A stretch of 62,746 nucleotides of DNA, filler included, from Choristocarpus tenellus KU-1152 (lineage: Eukaryota > Protista > Phaeophyceae), in the NCBI GenBank assembly GCA_964200185.2. It is 7 parts of 7 records of this genome, joined end to end, with 100 filler letters (N's around TTAATTAATTAA, not from the genome) between each part and the next. Parts side by side here need not be neighbours in the genome. Positions count along the whole stretch, not along the records: positions 36,301 to 43,654 come from CAXNAD020006281.1; positions 43,755 to 47,099 come from CAXNAD020020665.1; positions 47,200 to 59,009 come from CAXNAD020002127.1; 4 more parts are not named here. One strand, 5' to 3'. The notes beneath the pieces are model-generated. The model had not been told where the DNA came from. It searched no databases and saw nothing but the letters and a program-made list of their open reading frames with translations. Of this stretch, positions 39,948 to 50,996 are shown piece by piece. A program made the translations under genes and the position numbers. The stretch's first letter is position 1, and each line of letters begins with the position of its first letter.

Positions 39948-42019
39948 ATAGTAGTAATAGTAATAGTAGCAGTAGTAGTAGTAGAAGTAGTAGTAGTAGC
40001 AGCAGTAGCAGAAGTAAAAGTGGTAGTAATAAAAGTAGTAGCATTGTTATTATTGATTAGAACTTTTATTTAAAACAATAATAAAAATGGGTATCCCGAA
40101 AAAAACCAAACACAACTGCCTTTGTCTGCAAACCACGCACTACAAGAAGTTCAACATAACGGACCAGTCAACATCATCACTATATTACTATTATTTTCAT
40201 TACTCTGAGGGATCCCAGACCCATGATCGAAAAGGTAGTCCAAAGAAGACAATACATGATCCTCCACAAAAGACAACATGGGCTATAAAATAAAATAAAA
40301 ACTAGGGTAAGAAAAAAAAAAAAAAGAAAGAAAATATACCGCATAGTATATTACTCACACAGTGTGGATATGGTCATTGAAGGACTTTCTGTAAAATATC
40401 ATAAAATTTCTTGTAGAATACTGATATGTAGCACCTATCTTTGAATTAAATATGATTACAAAAAAAATAGAGTGTAAGAAAAAATAGAAGTGCATTTTTG
40501 AAAAAAAGTAATTTACATACATATATATCTTCAATAATATTTGTTGTTTCAACATAGTACTTTCAAATTTTTGTAGAATATTATTTCATAGAACCATGCT
40601 TCAAAACAGTATGGACACAAAAATAGAAACATTTGAGAAAAAAACAATATACATTCGAAAATAACTCGTAGTCCTATGTAGTACATTCAAGAATAACTCA
40701 TAGTCCTATGTAGTACATTCAAAAATAACTCATAGTCCTCCTATGTAGTACTTTGTGCTAAGACACTTCGAGATTTATGTTTTCTTTGAGGAATATACAT
40801 ACATTTTTAAAAATAAAATTTTAAGAACACCGCAGTACAGAACAGTTGCTCTGCATTCTTTTTTTTTAATTCTACACACAGGATTTTTCTAACCGCAATG
40901 TAGTGACTTACGACTTACGATTACATTATGATGTACAATAGTTATGTACCGTACTGTTCTGCCAGTACGGTACTATCACACTGTACCGTGGTGCCATACT
41001 GTACCTCTTTCTTTTCAGAATACATGTACCTCTTTTTGTCTGTTCCTCTCCTTATTACCTGTCTACCGTGTATGTATCTGTATGTGTATGTAATTGTGGT
41101 ACTAATAGTATAAATAAAAACATACAGTACATCACCCAAGAGAGAGAGAGAGAGAGAGAGAGAGACAATGTCACTAAAAGTGACATAACTTTTCAAATAC
41201 ACGTATGTACAATGATTGACACGTACGCTCTATAATTCTATGAACAAATACACAAGGGTATCATTTTACAATTCTTGGATGTAGAGTGTAACAATGGATA
41301 ACACAGCTAAAACAGACTGTAACAAAACGTGTGTTTATTATTTCTTAATTGAAAAAGAATTATCACAACATATTATGACACTTAAGAGGAAAAGCACAGC
41401 GCTGTACACACTCTTTGGGAATGAAACAGTATCACCCCTACACAACAATGGCAACATCTTATTTTAAGCGTTGACACTGTTACAGATAGTCTTACAGATT
41501 ATCGTGTTGCACAGCTTTCTCTCATCACATAGTAACACCATTTGCATCGAAACATCAAAATAAAATAAAATAACAACAGTTGCAATAATAATACCCATTA
41601 CTATAAAAAGAAAACATAAAACATGAAAAAAATATAATACCTAATACTACAAAAATTATCATCACTATTCTCAAAAAAAAAATATATATATATATATGTA
41701 ACATTAATATCACTACTACCACCATCACTAATATATTTATTACACCAAAATCTGCAAAAGGCTCACCCAGGTCCAACCTTGACAGCTTGGACCATCGCAG
41801 GGAGGTACTGCGCCATGGTCACGACCGCGCCAGGACCCATTCGAATTGAAAAGGGGGGAAGTCCCATGGTACACTCAGACAGCTCCAGCAGGCGTGCCGT
41901 TAGCCGATCCCATTGTTCCCGGGCCCCGGGCCCCCCGAAGCGATCTATGGTGGCCTTGAACGGCTCTGGGCCAACCTTGTTGGGGAAGGTTCCCTCTGGC
42001 ATGGTGACCCCCCAGGTAT
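37486..42019 (-). CDS. CRTISO-like / phytoene-desaturase-family FAD oxidoreductase, internal exons only
   Basis: Phase-compatible exons 41767-42019 (DTWGVTMPEGTF..VGPEPF), 39090-39249 (LQGPFLALMD..DSFVKNWMNLLCFLLQGL), 37486-37664 (VLDYPKGGTEAMVDALVRGVEKHGGEVRLGAHVEEVLVE.GRACGVRL). The N-terminal Rossmann motif and C-terminus were not found in the window. Confidence 0.85.
37884..37968. repeat. 22-bp tandem repeat, ~3.5 copies
   Basis: TGTACTGATTACTAGAAAGTAT repeated. Confidence 0.9.
39652..40041. repeat. Degenerate (AGT)n microsatellite with higher-order duplication, intronic
   Basis: ~390 bp of AGT/AGC/GGT/AAT triplets; source of the spurious poly-S, poly-V and poly-L ORFs. Confidence 0.95.
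40658..40751. repeat. ~31-bp tandem repeat, 3 copies
   Basis: AATAACTCATAGTCCTATGTAGTACATTCAA repeated. Confidence 0.85.
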
Positions 42020-42111
42020 CTTGATTTATTTATTTTTTTATGAGAGGGTTGGTGGGAGCGGGTGTTTTTTATGAGGGGGGCCGGGGTCTTTTGTCGGATT
42101 GACTGACTCGT

Positions 42112-42375
42112 ACTTCCGAGCACTTCAAAAATACTTCGAAATGCTTTTCAAAATTTCTAAAATGCTTCGAAGTGCTTTTAAAATACTTCGACATGCTTTT
42201 CAAAATTTCTGAAATACTTCAAAATGCTCTTTAAAAAAATTTATAAAATACTTCAAAGTGCTTTTCTAAACTTCTAAAATACTTCGAAGTGCCTCCACAA
42301 TACTTTTAAAATGCTAAAACAAACACTTTGAAAAAATCTTCAAATAATGCTTCAAAAACACTTCAATGACCTTCA
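42112..42375. repeat. AT-rich degenerate tandem array (10-11-bp subunits, ~31-bp period)
   Basis: AAATACTTCGAAATGCTTTTCAAAATTTCT variants. Confidence 0.8.
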
Positions 42376-43654
42376 AAGCATGTACACTTCCTCTGTTGGG
42401 TACACTAAGGTCCATTGGAACACTGTATCGTGTAACCCGTTCCATCCTTCCGTGAAAAAGATGAAACCGATTTTTGCTATGATCAAGAATGCCTTCCAAA
42501 GGTTCAAGCCCAAACACCACACTCACAGCAGTCAAGTGCTCTAAACAGGAATCCATTGGCAGTATGGCATGACTAATAATAATAGTAATAATAATCTATA
42601 AAATAACAATAATAATAATAATATTTTTAATAATTATAGCGTTAACGGTATAAGAGAAATCTGCTTGTACCATTTTGGTGGTAAATGCATAGCTTCGTAC
42701 CACTCAACCAACTGACAATTTCTAAGTTAGTGGAAAACAGGAGATTTCCTGGAAATTTCCAGATAAGAGGGCAGTCAGGATATTGCACAAGAGCCACACA
42801 CATACATACATCACCATTGTCCACAAGGAATACGATATTTCCAAAATAAAAATTTAAAAGTCCTGACTAAAATAAAAAATACTGTACCATGCCAAATATC
42901 GGAAGCACCTACCTATTTCAATCACTGTGATCAGGACCTTGCGGAGGGCGTGGGAATATGTTCTTATTTTCTTTAATTCTACATTTTAAGCCGGCTCCTC
43001 TTTGAAAGCTGAGGTTTCTTAATCGGTTTTTGTTGTGACACCGTTTATTTGTATTCTTAAATTAAAAAAATATGCGACAATTTGTTTTTTCACCTTCACA
43101 GCCTCTTCATTGATCCACTAAAACACACACACACACACAAACGAACAAGATAACATAATATTAATATTTTTTATTATGAATAAATAGTTGTGATGTAGGC
43201 TCCTCATGCGCCATAAGCTAAAAAAATAGATTAAAAAAAATGAAAAATAAATTTAAAAAAAACCCTGAACATATTGAAACACCACTCTTGTACCACCTGG
43301 CCAGCAAGTCCTGCAAGTGCCTCCCCCAGTGGTGCGGTGATTACTTCAGCATTTTTAAAACTCACCCCTTACAGAATATTCTAGGAAATATCATCTCAGC
43401 GTTAAAAAAAAGTGTTACCTCACTATCATCACCATCAAACATACACATACATGTATATATGCCTCTGCTTCAAGGATCCAAAACACTACTCTTCAAAAAA
43501 AAAAAAAACTCCACTGTCAGATGCACATTTTCAAATATCTACATTTCACTTCCTGCCCACATGCAAAAACAACATTAACAATATTCTCGCCACCTTATCG
43601 TCCAGCCCATGTGCATGCGGGCGCCCCTGAGCACCTGATCCAAAAGCCCCCCCC

Positions 43655-43754
43655 NNNNNNNNNNNNNNNNNNNNNNNNNNNNNNNNNNNNNNNNNNNNTT
43701 AATTAATTAANNNNNNNNNNNNNNNNNNNNNNNNNNNNNNNNNNNNNNNNNNNN
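43655..43754. other. Artificial contig spacer
   Basis: N44-TTAATTAATTAA-N44. Confidence 0.97.
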
Positions 43755-43882
43755 AGGTGCTTCAAGCCCTCAAAGTAGGGGTCTTTTAGGGTGGTTTTGA
43801 GGCCAGAACTGGACACGTCCAGGGTCAGAACATCAGCACGGCAACCCTCCGGCCAACCCCCCCACGTAGGAAGGGTGCTCAA

Positions 43883-45254
43883 GTGTCCCTGAATACCAGG
43901 GTTGTGCTTGCAGTGCAGCATGCCCTCACAATGGTCCCCAGTGAGCATAAACTGCCGCGAAACGTTGGGCCAGCCCTCGCAGTGAATTTTGGAGTGTCCG
44001 AGGGTTACGTGCAAGGGCTCTGTGAGGACGTCGCCGATCAGCTCGCCCGTGGCCACATGCATGACCTAAGGGTGGCAGCACGTAGTGGGCAGCCTTCGGA
44101 GCTCACACGCACCAAGATGGCTGCAATACATGTATCAATTCCGATAATCAGTAATTCACAGTGTGTAAGGTGACAATGAAGATGGCCACCAAAGGACTGA
44201 ATTATAGCAAGAGCACCACAAAACAGGTGGTTGGATGATATGGGGGCCATGCCGAATCGCCGCTGGATCAAACCCAAGCTTAAATCGTGGCAAAAGGTAT
44301 GGAGAGTGGACTTTGTTTACGATCAAGTGGACAGAAAACATGGTGTGTACGCCTCCATGGCGAACACAATCCATGTGGCTGAAATCTGTTTTTACATCAT
44401 GGCTGATGGGGAAAGGGTTAGGGTATTTCCAAATGGGGATGATAGATGATAGAGACCTTCCAGGGTCCCCTACTGTGCAGCACAAGAGTCATATCCCCAA
44501 AACCATGATCATTGCAGTCAACACCCGCTCAGATTGAGCTCACAGCTTTGATGGAAAGCTTGATGTTTGGTGTGTGTGTGCACCAAAAACGGAAGACAGG
44601 ACAAGCCAGAACCATAAAAAGGGGAATGTGTATGAGCAGGACTGTATGTACAGGAAGTGGTACATGGAGGAAATCAAGACCAAGATCCCTTGGTTGAGGG
44701 GAAGCATGTTGTTCCCCCCACACAGGCAAGGGCAACTCAGAAATCTTGTCAGGGGCAGGGAAGACTGAGGGGAGGTCGATTAGGCTTGTGATGCAGCCAT
44801 CTAACTCCCCCGACCTCAATATCATGCACCTGTGCTTCTTCAGGCCTTTGAAACGGTGGGTGATGGGGGAGCGGTTTGGGTCCGTTGAAGAGATGGTGAA
44901 GGCCATTAAGAAACAGTATGAGGAGTGTGATGAAACCATACCTGAGAGGGCTTGGCAGCTCCTTTTTGTGGTGTACAACCAAGTACTTGGATACAAAGGG
45001 GGGAATAACTTCAGTGTGGAGCACACAGGGGCAAGGAAGAGGCAGGTGTCTGGTAAACTTGAAAAAACGCCGAAGGTAGACACGGAGGCTTTTTCTGTAA
45101 CTGATAAAATTGTGATGGATGAGTAGAAATATAAATAAAAAGAGCTGACCCTAACCAGAAATTCGTCAAGGATTCCAAATCTTCTTTCAGAAATGAATTT
45201 CATCATCTTCAACAGTTACGGATAATGTGGCACAGACTTACGGCACGAAGGTAG
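43883..45254 (+). mobile_element. Decayed Tc1/mariner transposon (DD39D/plant-mariner-like); left end lost in gap
   Basis: HTH-like LPRNVGPALAVNFGVS; IKPKL; TIHVAEICFY (VHVDEKWFY site); QHKSHIPKTM; QPSNSPDLNIMHLCFFRPL. Right end reverse-complements to CTACCTTCGT (Stowaway/mariner-like CTCCCTCCGT) and is followed by TA at 45255-45256. Confidence 0.85.
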
Positions 45255-45385
45255 TATATTATTAAATGCATAAAAAGAAGGTTAGATTTGGGGTTAGAAA
45301 ACTAACAAACGTAGACGCAGAGACGTACATTAGAGGGGAAAGGATTTCAAGCAAGTTTTACAAAAATCGCCCCATCATGGGCTTC

Positions 45386-45811
45386 CTAATTCCCCCCCCC
45401 AGACAACAGTGAATGGTCCTCCCCATCCCCTCCCTCAAAACCATCAGAAGCATCCTCCTCCCCCTCCCCTTCCTCCCCAGTTCCCCCCTCCTCCTCTCCA
45501 GCCTCCCAATTCCCCTCCAACTCTAACCCTTGAGCAGCCTTCTCAGCAGCCATTCCAACAGCAGTCTCAAACATCTTGGCAAACATGTCACCAAACCCAC
45601 GGTTGTCATCCTCCCCATCCCCCAGTTCTAACCCAATGCCATTGCCGCTCACTACAGGAATTGACATATCACCGATGCTGGCCTTCGTATCACCATTGCC
45701 ACTATAGTAACTATCATCTTGTCCAATGGCAGTGGGCTCTGGCGGAAGTATTTCATTGCTGATATTTGTAGTGGGGAGAAAGGGGCGGGGGGCAGGGCTT
45801 GTAGATGGCAA
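45386..45811 (-). CDS. Probable terminal exon of an unknown acidic, Gly-rich protein
   Basis: 141-codon open frame starting right after a tag acceptor and ending in TAG; E/D/G-rich with no recognisable domain. A possible upstream exon lies near 46874-46928 (GDGKLDYTDFDYCEEEG). Confidence 0.4.
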   Translation of the reverse strand: MPSTSPAPRPFLPTTNISNEILPPEPTAIGQDDSYYSGNGDTKASIGDMSIPVVSGNGIGLELGDGEDDNRGFGDMFAKMFETAVGMAAEKAAQGLELEGNWEAGEEEGGTGEEGEGEEDASDGFEGGDGEDHSLLSGGGN

Positions 45812-47099
45812 CTAATCACTTAAAAATAAAAAAAGGTGGCAGAAAGCAAGTGATTCCTACCTCTTACTACATGCTACGTTCCACGATGTCCACTTGTGTG
45901 TGTCACAATGAGAGGATTGTATCGCATTTGAATGCCAGGTTGACAATACCTTGCCTGATAAAAGACAGTGACCACAAAACAACAATGAAGGCAAGAGCAT
46001 CTTGCAACACACTCACACCCTGTGACTACATTGTGTCGGGTCTGCAAGCACAGCTAGCAATAATATAACACACACACACACACCCCTCTCTCACTATATA
46101 TACACATAGATTCAATACCTAAAATAAAAACATGGAACCACCTACTAGCATAAAAAAACTTGACATACACTTCCAGAATCTTTGAAGCATTTACTGTAAT
46201 AATTCCACACATGTACTACACTATGTAGTAGAACACAGTCATGGGTGATTTGTTGGAGAAGATAACCTGTAGCCAGTTGAAACTGTAGTCAGATACCCCC
46301 CTCCCCCCTCCAATCTACACCTATGATGGCTCCACATTCTTGACAAAATCAATGAGCGAGACGGTTTCCCCACAAAACGTTTTTGTTTTTTTTGGGTGGC
46401 TGGCACAATCCTCGTCCATGAACCAAAAAGATATACCCTAATGCTACACACGTTAATACTCACCCAAGCAAATCCAACGCCAACTCAACCACTGGGAAAA
46501 AAAAAGGATAGCATCAGTTGCTAGATACTAAGCGGCAGATCTCCAAAACTACCACAATATCGCTCCCACTCCCTTCCACCCTTGGTGTGTTGTCACACCA
46601 CCCTCCTTTTCTCTCAATTGTACAGTTACTTCAAGAAGTAAAAAAAAAACTTTGTTTTATCCTACCTTTTAAACGTTTCAATTATGAAAAAGTGGACGGA
46701 TCACGCAGTTAGTTCAACACACCACAGAGATAAGAGATGGATGCTGACATGGACTTCGCTAGCAGGCGTCTATCTATCCATGACTGCACTCTTCAAAAAG
46801 GAAAAAAAGAAGAAAAAAAAGTGCTCCATCCAAAACCCTGAGAATGCCATCCTTGCTCAGTGCTAAATAAAACCTCCCCTCCTCTTCACAGTAATCGAAA
46901 TCAGTGTAATCAAGTTTCCCATCACCCCCTGCCCCCCCCCCGGAGAAGAGAAACAAAAGCAAAGGGTTCACCAAACAGGAGGCGGACGATTTATGTAACA
47001 GCTTGAACTTGAATGAACTTGAACATGTGATCACCCATGTACCTCCTCATCTCATGAATCGCATTATCCCATCATAAGGTATGCCCATATCCTCCCCCC

Positions 47100-47199
47100 N
47101 NNNNNNNNNNNNNNNNNNNNNNNNNNNNNNNNNNNNNNNNNNNTTAATTAATTAANNNNNNNNNNNNNNNNNNNNNNNNNNNNNNNNNNNNNNNNNNNN
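47100..47199. other. Artificial contig spacer
   Basis: N44-TTAATTAATTAA-N44. Confidence 0.97.
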
Positions 47200-47219
47200 C
47201 CTCCCAGATACTTTGGGTC
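47200..47219. mobile_element. MITE family A terminus at contig start
   Basis: CCTCCCAGATACTTTGGGTC. Confidence 0.65.
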
Positions 47220-47221
47220 TT

Positions 47222-48374
47222 ATCAATTATTGAGAGATGAAGTTGTGCTATAATAGCCCCTCACGTTGACGATGTTATGATGGCAGGAATACCTGATGTT
47301 TTGATTCGGGTTCGCTCCAGGATCAAGGAGCAATTTCCTATAGAAGATTTTGGTGACCCTGAGTACTATATGGGTTGTGAGATTTCGCGTGACAGAATTG
47401 CAAAGACAGTTAGCATTAGTCAGACTAAATACAATAGGAGCAATTGTCAAAGATTTGGTATGGATGGGGCAAAGAAGAGGGTGGTACCTCATGATCTCTC
47501 AAGGAATTTAGACAAGAATGAGGATAATCCAAGTGTTGATGAAAATATCCCCCACAGAGAGGCAGTTGGTAGTTAGATGTTGACAGTCGTCATGACCAGG
47601 CTAGATACTGCAAATACAGTTCGTGAGGTTGCCAAGTACAGTAGTAATCTCAAAGCAATATCTTGGATGTCAAAGGTCCAAAAGATTGTAGCTCTCTCCA
47701 TATACATATAATAATTATATAGCCCTTAGCAGGGTGGCACAGGAGTTGCTTTTATTGCGAAATGTTTTGGAGTTTACTCAGCCACAGTTCCCTAGACGTC
47801 GCATTGACATATTTGAGGATAACGATGGTGCATGCAAACTAATACGAAATATCACAAGATCTACTAGAACAAACTACATTGATGTCCGGCACCGTTTTCT
47901 GAGGGACCTAGCTAGGAAAACGAGATATTCGTGTTGTTTTTGTTTGTATTGCAAACCAGAGGGCAGATGAGTTGACCAAGAATTTGCCAGTAAGAATTTT
48001 TAGACAACATGTAAAGTTTTTGATGAGCACGTAATGGGACAACTGGGGTGTAATATATATATATATATTATTGTTAGCGAGTTAGTGCTTGTTTTCAGTA
48101 AGGGGGGAGGATGTCGAATAGTGTTATACTTACGTTGTGTGTGCTGATACAGGCATATAGCACTGTTTCAAGTACGTTTATCTTTAGGTCGTTACAGTAC
48201 AAAGTATTAATGTACGTAACGGCAAGATGAGTCAGTCTTTGGTCATACGTCAGTGATAATGGACGACTAACACAGAAGGTTTGCGGATAATGAATAAAGC
48301 AGTGTATGTTCACCATGTAACTCACCAGCAACTTCTGGCGATGAGCCTTCTTTCCTACGCAAAGCTATTCAATA
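47222..48374 (+). mobile_element. Ty1/Copia relic: RT C-terminus, RNase H, PPT and 3' LTR
   Basis: FPIEDFGDPEYYMGCEISRDR..ISQTKY, PHREAVGS, IFEDNDGAC..RTNYIDVRHRFLRD; polypurine tract AAGGGGGGAGGA at 48100-48111; LTR 48112-48374 (TGTCGAATAG...CTATTCAATA). Confidence 0.88.
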
Positions 48375-49211
48375 TGGGCCTCCACACAACTCCTGGAACA
48401 GGCACGCCAGATCCCTCCCATAAAGTTTAGACTCACTGCCAGCAGATCCGTAGGGAGGGAGGAGACCCTATCCAACAGGTGCTCAGTGGCTGGGTGCAGG
48501 AGGGATAATGTTGACATCCGACATGCTCGTCGTACCTGTGTTAGGGCAGGGGGACAGGTACACCAACATACACTGATGGTGAAGCGTCTAGGTCAACTCT
48601 GCAAAGGAATATGGGTATCCCTTGCACTATGGAGGGCGGTAGCCTATTCACAGTGGACTGGAATTTCAGCTTGGATGTGGTCTTCCATACTGGGGCACTT
48701 GCGGATGCCGGATCAGCTCCCAATCAGGACAAAGGCCTCTTCCTGGATGTTACGTTTGCAGAAGTACAAGCGGCCTCCCATCTGCCCCACTCATCCACCA
48801 GCAATGGTGTAGCTGCTGCTACAGCTGAGGCACGAAGCGTACCCACTACGAGTAGTTTTAACCTCAACACCTTTGTGGTAGAAAGTTTTGTACGCATATG
48901 CAAGCAAACAGAAAGTTTTCTGGACGAGTTGGCTATGCACGCGGTACGGGGAAGATCGGTGGGGGGTTTACAGCAGGAAAGGACCCGTCAAATTACGTTT
49001 ACGACAAATAGTATCTGTCACAACACAAGTGGCTCTCCATCAAGACTTGTCATGCGTTTTAAGCTGGAGATACCAGGGAGATGGGCAAGGAGGGGCCTAT
49101 CAGACTCTTGGGATGCTTCCCTTGCTCCTCGCGCTATGGTGTAGGGCTAAGCTAGGTTTAAGGAATAGGAGGGGAGTGGTGTAGTATACCTCGCAGTCAA
49201 ATAGTAAATAG
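48375..49211 (+). mobile_element. 3' fragment of an RLE-endonuclease (CRE-like) non-LTR retrotransposon
   Basis: CCHC-like C..GC..........HARRTC, then LDVV, FLDVTFAE, AAATAEAR, TFVVESF, RLRQIVSVTTQVA; ends at AATAGTAAATAG. Confidence 0.7.
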
Positions 49212-50996
49212 ATTTGGAGAGATACCTTTCAGATTTACAACTGTTACTTTTAGAAGGATCCTTACAATATTGAATTGACTTTTTTCCTTACACATCTCGA
49301 AAATGTGAGGGCCCATAATAAAATATATTATTGAAAGAGGTGAAGGGGGAAATAACTTACAAACGAATATATATATATATATTGTGTGTAATAGGTAGTT
49401 ATGATGAAGGGTGCGAAGTTAAATCTAACATCTAACTGATTTCGTATCATTTTTCATATATTCTAATTTCAGTAGTAATTGGTGTATGAGAAGACCTCTT
49501 GTTCTGTTGATGAGAAGATCTGGAAAAAAAAGCAAAGAAAAGTATCTATTTGCACTAATAACATATAAATGTCTCTGTTCCCCAGCCTTCAATACCTTCT
49601 ATGTTATAAAAAGTATTTAATAATACAAATTTGTTTTTAGAGAAAATACTAAGATACATATTGATCACCTGTACAACATATACAAAAGTTTAGTCGATAT
49701 AAGAATAATAAAATCCTACAACATTAACTTGTATTATTAGTTATGTTTAATTTGTAATTTTTTTTTGAGATTGTATGAACGTGAGTGGGAGAATAAATAA
49801 CAGTTTAAGATTTCTATGGTAATATAGAGTTAACATAAATTAATTTGAAGAACATGTGTGTAAATGCTTCATGTTAGATGTTAAAAGAGGTGGATGCAAG
49901 TATGGATGTTGTGTGTATGCGTGGTGTGTACCACCACTGTGACATCTGTAGGTAGATTAGTCATCACTATTGCCTTGTTGTTTAATTTAGAAACAGTAGT
50001 TTTGAATATACTACTTTCCAGACCAGTGGCGATTTGGTGAGGTTTGAATCATAGTGTGTTGAATGTTGCGACACAATGATACCACTTTATTTGGTGAGCC
50101 ATCTCCAATTTCCAAGTATTTGAGAATGATGAGTCGATTTATATCAGCAACCACATCTGCATCATCCGTTTATGATTTATTGTCCATGAGTTTAAAACTG
50201 CTCTTTTTGGAGAGGAGTGGGGAGATTTGGATCCCCAGTGGAGATGGAGTAGGATTCCGTATTGAGTCAAGGATTTCAAGTTGTCATTCTGACCTCTTTG
50301 TCTTTATTGAGGTTCATCTCATTGATTGAAAGATGAAAAGGGTAAACAAAGAGGCTGAAATTTTGTAATTGGTTGAAAATACTGCATCACATCAAATCTT
50401 CTGTGTGTTTATTGATCTTTTCATCTTTCTTGTTGGAGATATGACGGTTGAAGAATGAAAACATTCTCCACCCCTTACTCCTGTTTTGTAACTACCCCTT
50501 TCTTCTCAGTCGGTCGAATAATTGACTCAATTCTCTGGACTCTTCGTTTTTGAAAAAGTGGTCAAGAATAAAATGATTTAGTTCCTCTCTAATGGTACTA
50601 AGGTTTAGTCAATCATCGAGTACAGACTCCAAGAGGTTACTACACGAGGAGTCTCGTTCCTCACTCCCCCTCTCTACTATCTCTCCTACACATTTGAATA
50701 ATACGAAGATTGCTTTGTTGGATCATATTTATCTCAGTGGTGATCCTCAATTGTTTGATCTAGCCTTCACCGCCTTCTCGTGGTGTGGAGAGGGCGACGA
50801 AGGTCTGAGTCTGACTAGGCGCCAATAGGACGCGGTATAGAATTCTGCTTGCATGGCCTCGTGGGAGTTATTTGTTCTGTGAGGATATAGACCACTTCAG
50901 GAAGACGGTGTCTTCTAGCTCTTGGGTGGCATCGCACCTTTGACGAGGGGCCTGTGAAGCTCCATCTTTGTGTTGGTATTGCAGGTAGGGTTGACG

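Noticed and set aside
39562-40073. Poly-Leu, poly-Ser and poly-Val ORFs
   Set aside because: All three are readings of an intronic (AGT)n microsatellite.
49990-50800. Coding-like AT-rich stretch upstream of the MAPK gene
   Set aside because: Frames are interrupted by stops and show no recognisable motif.
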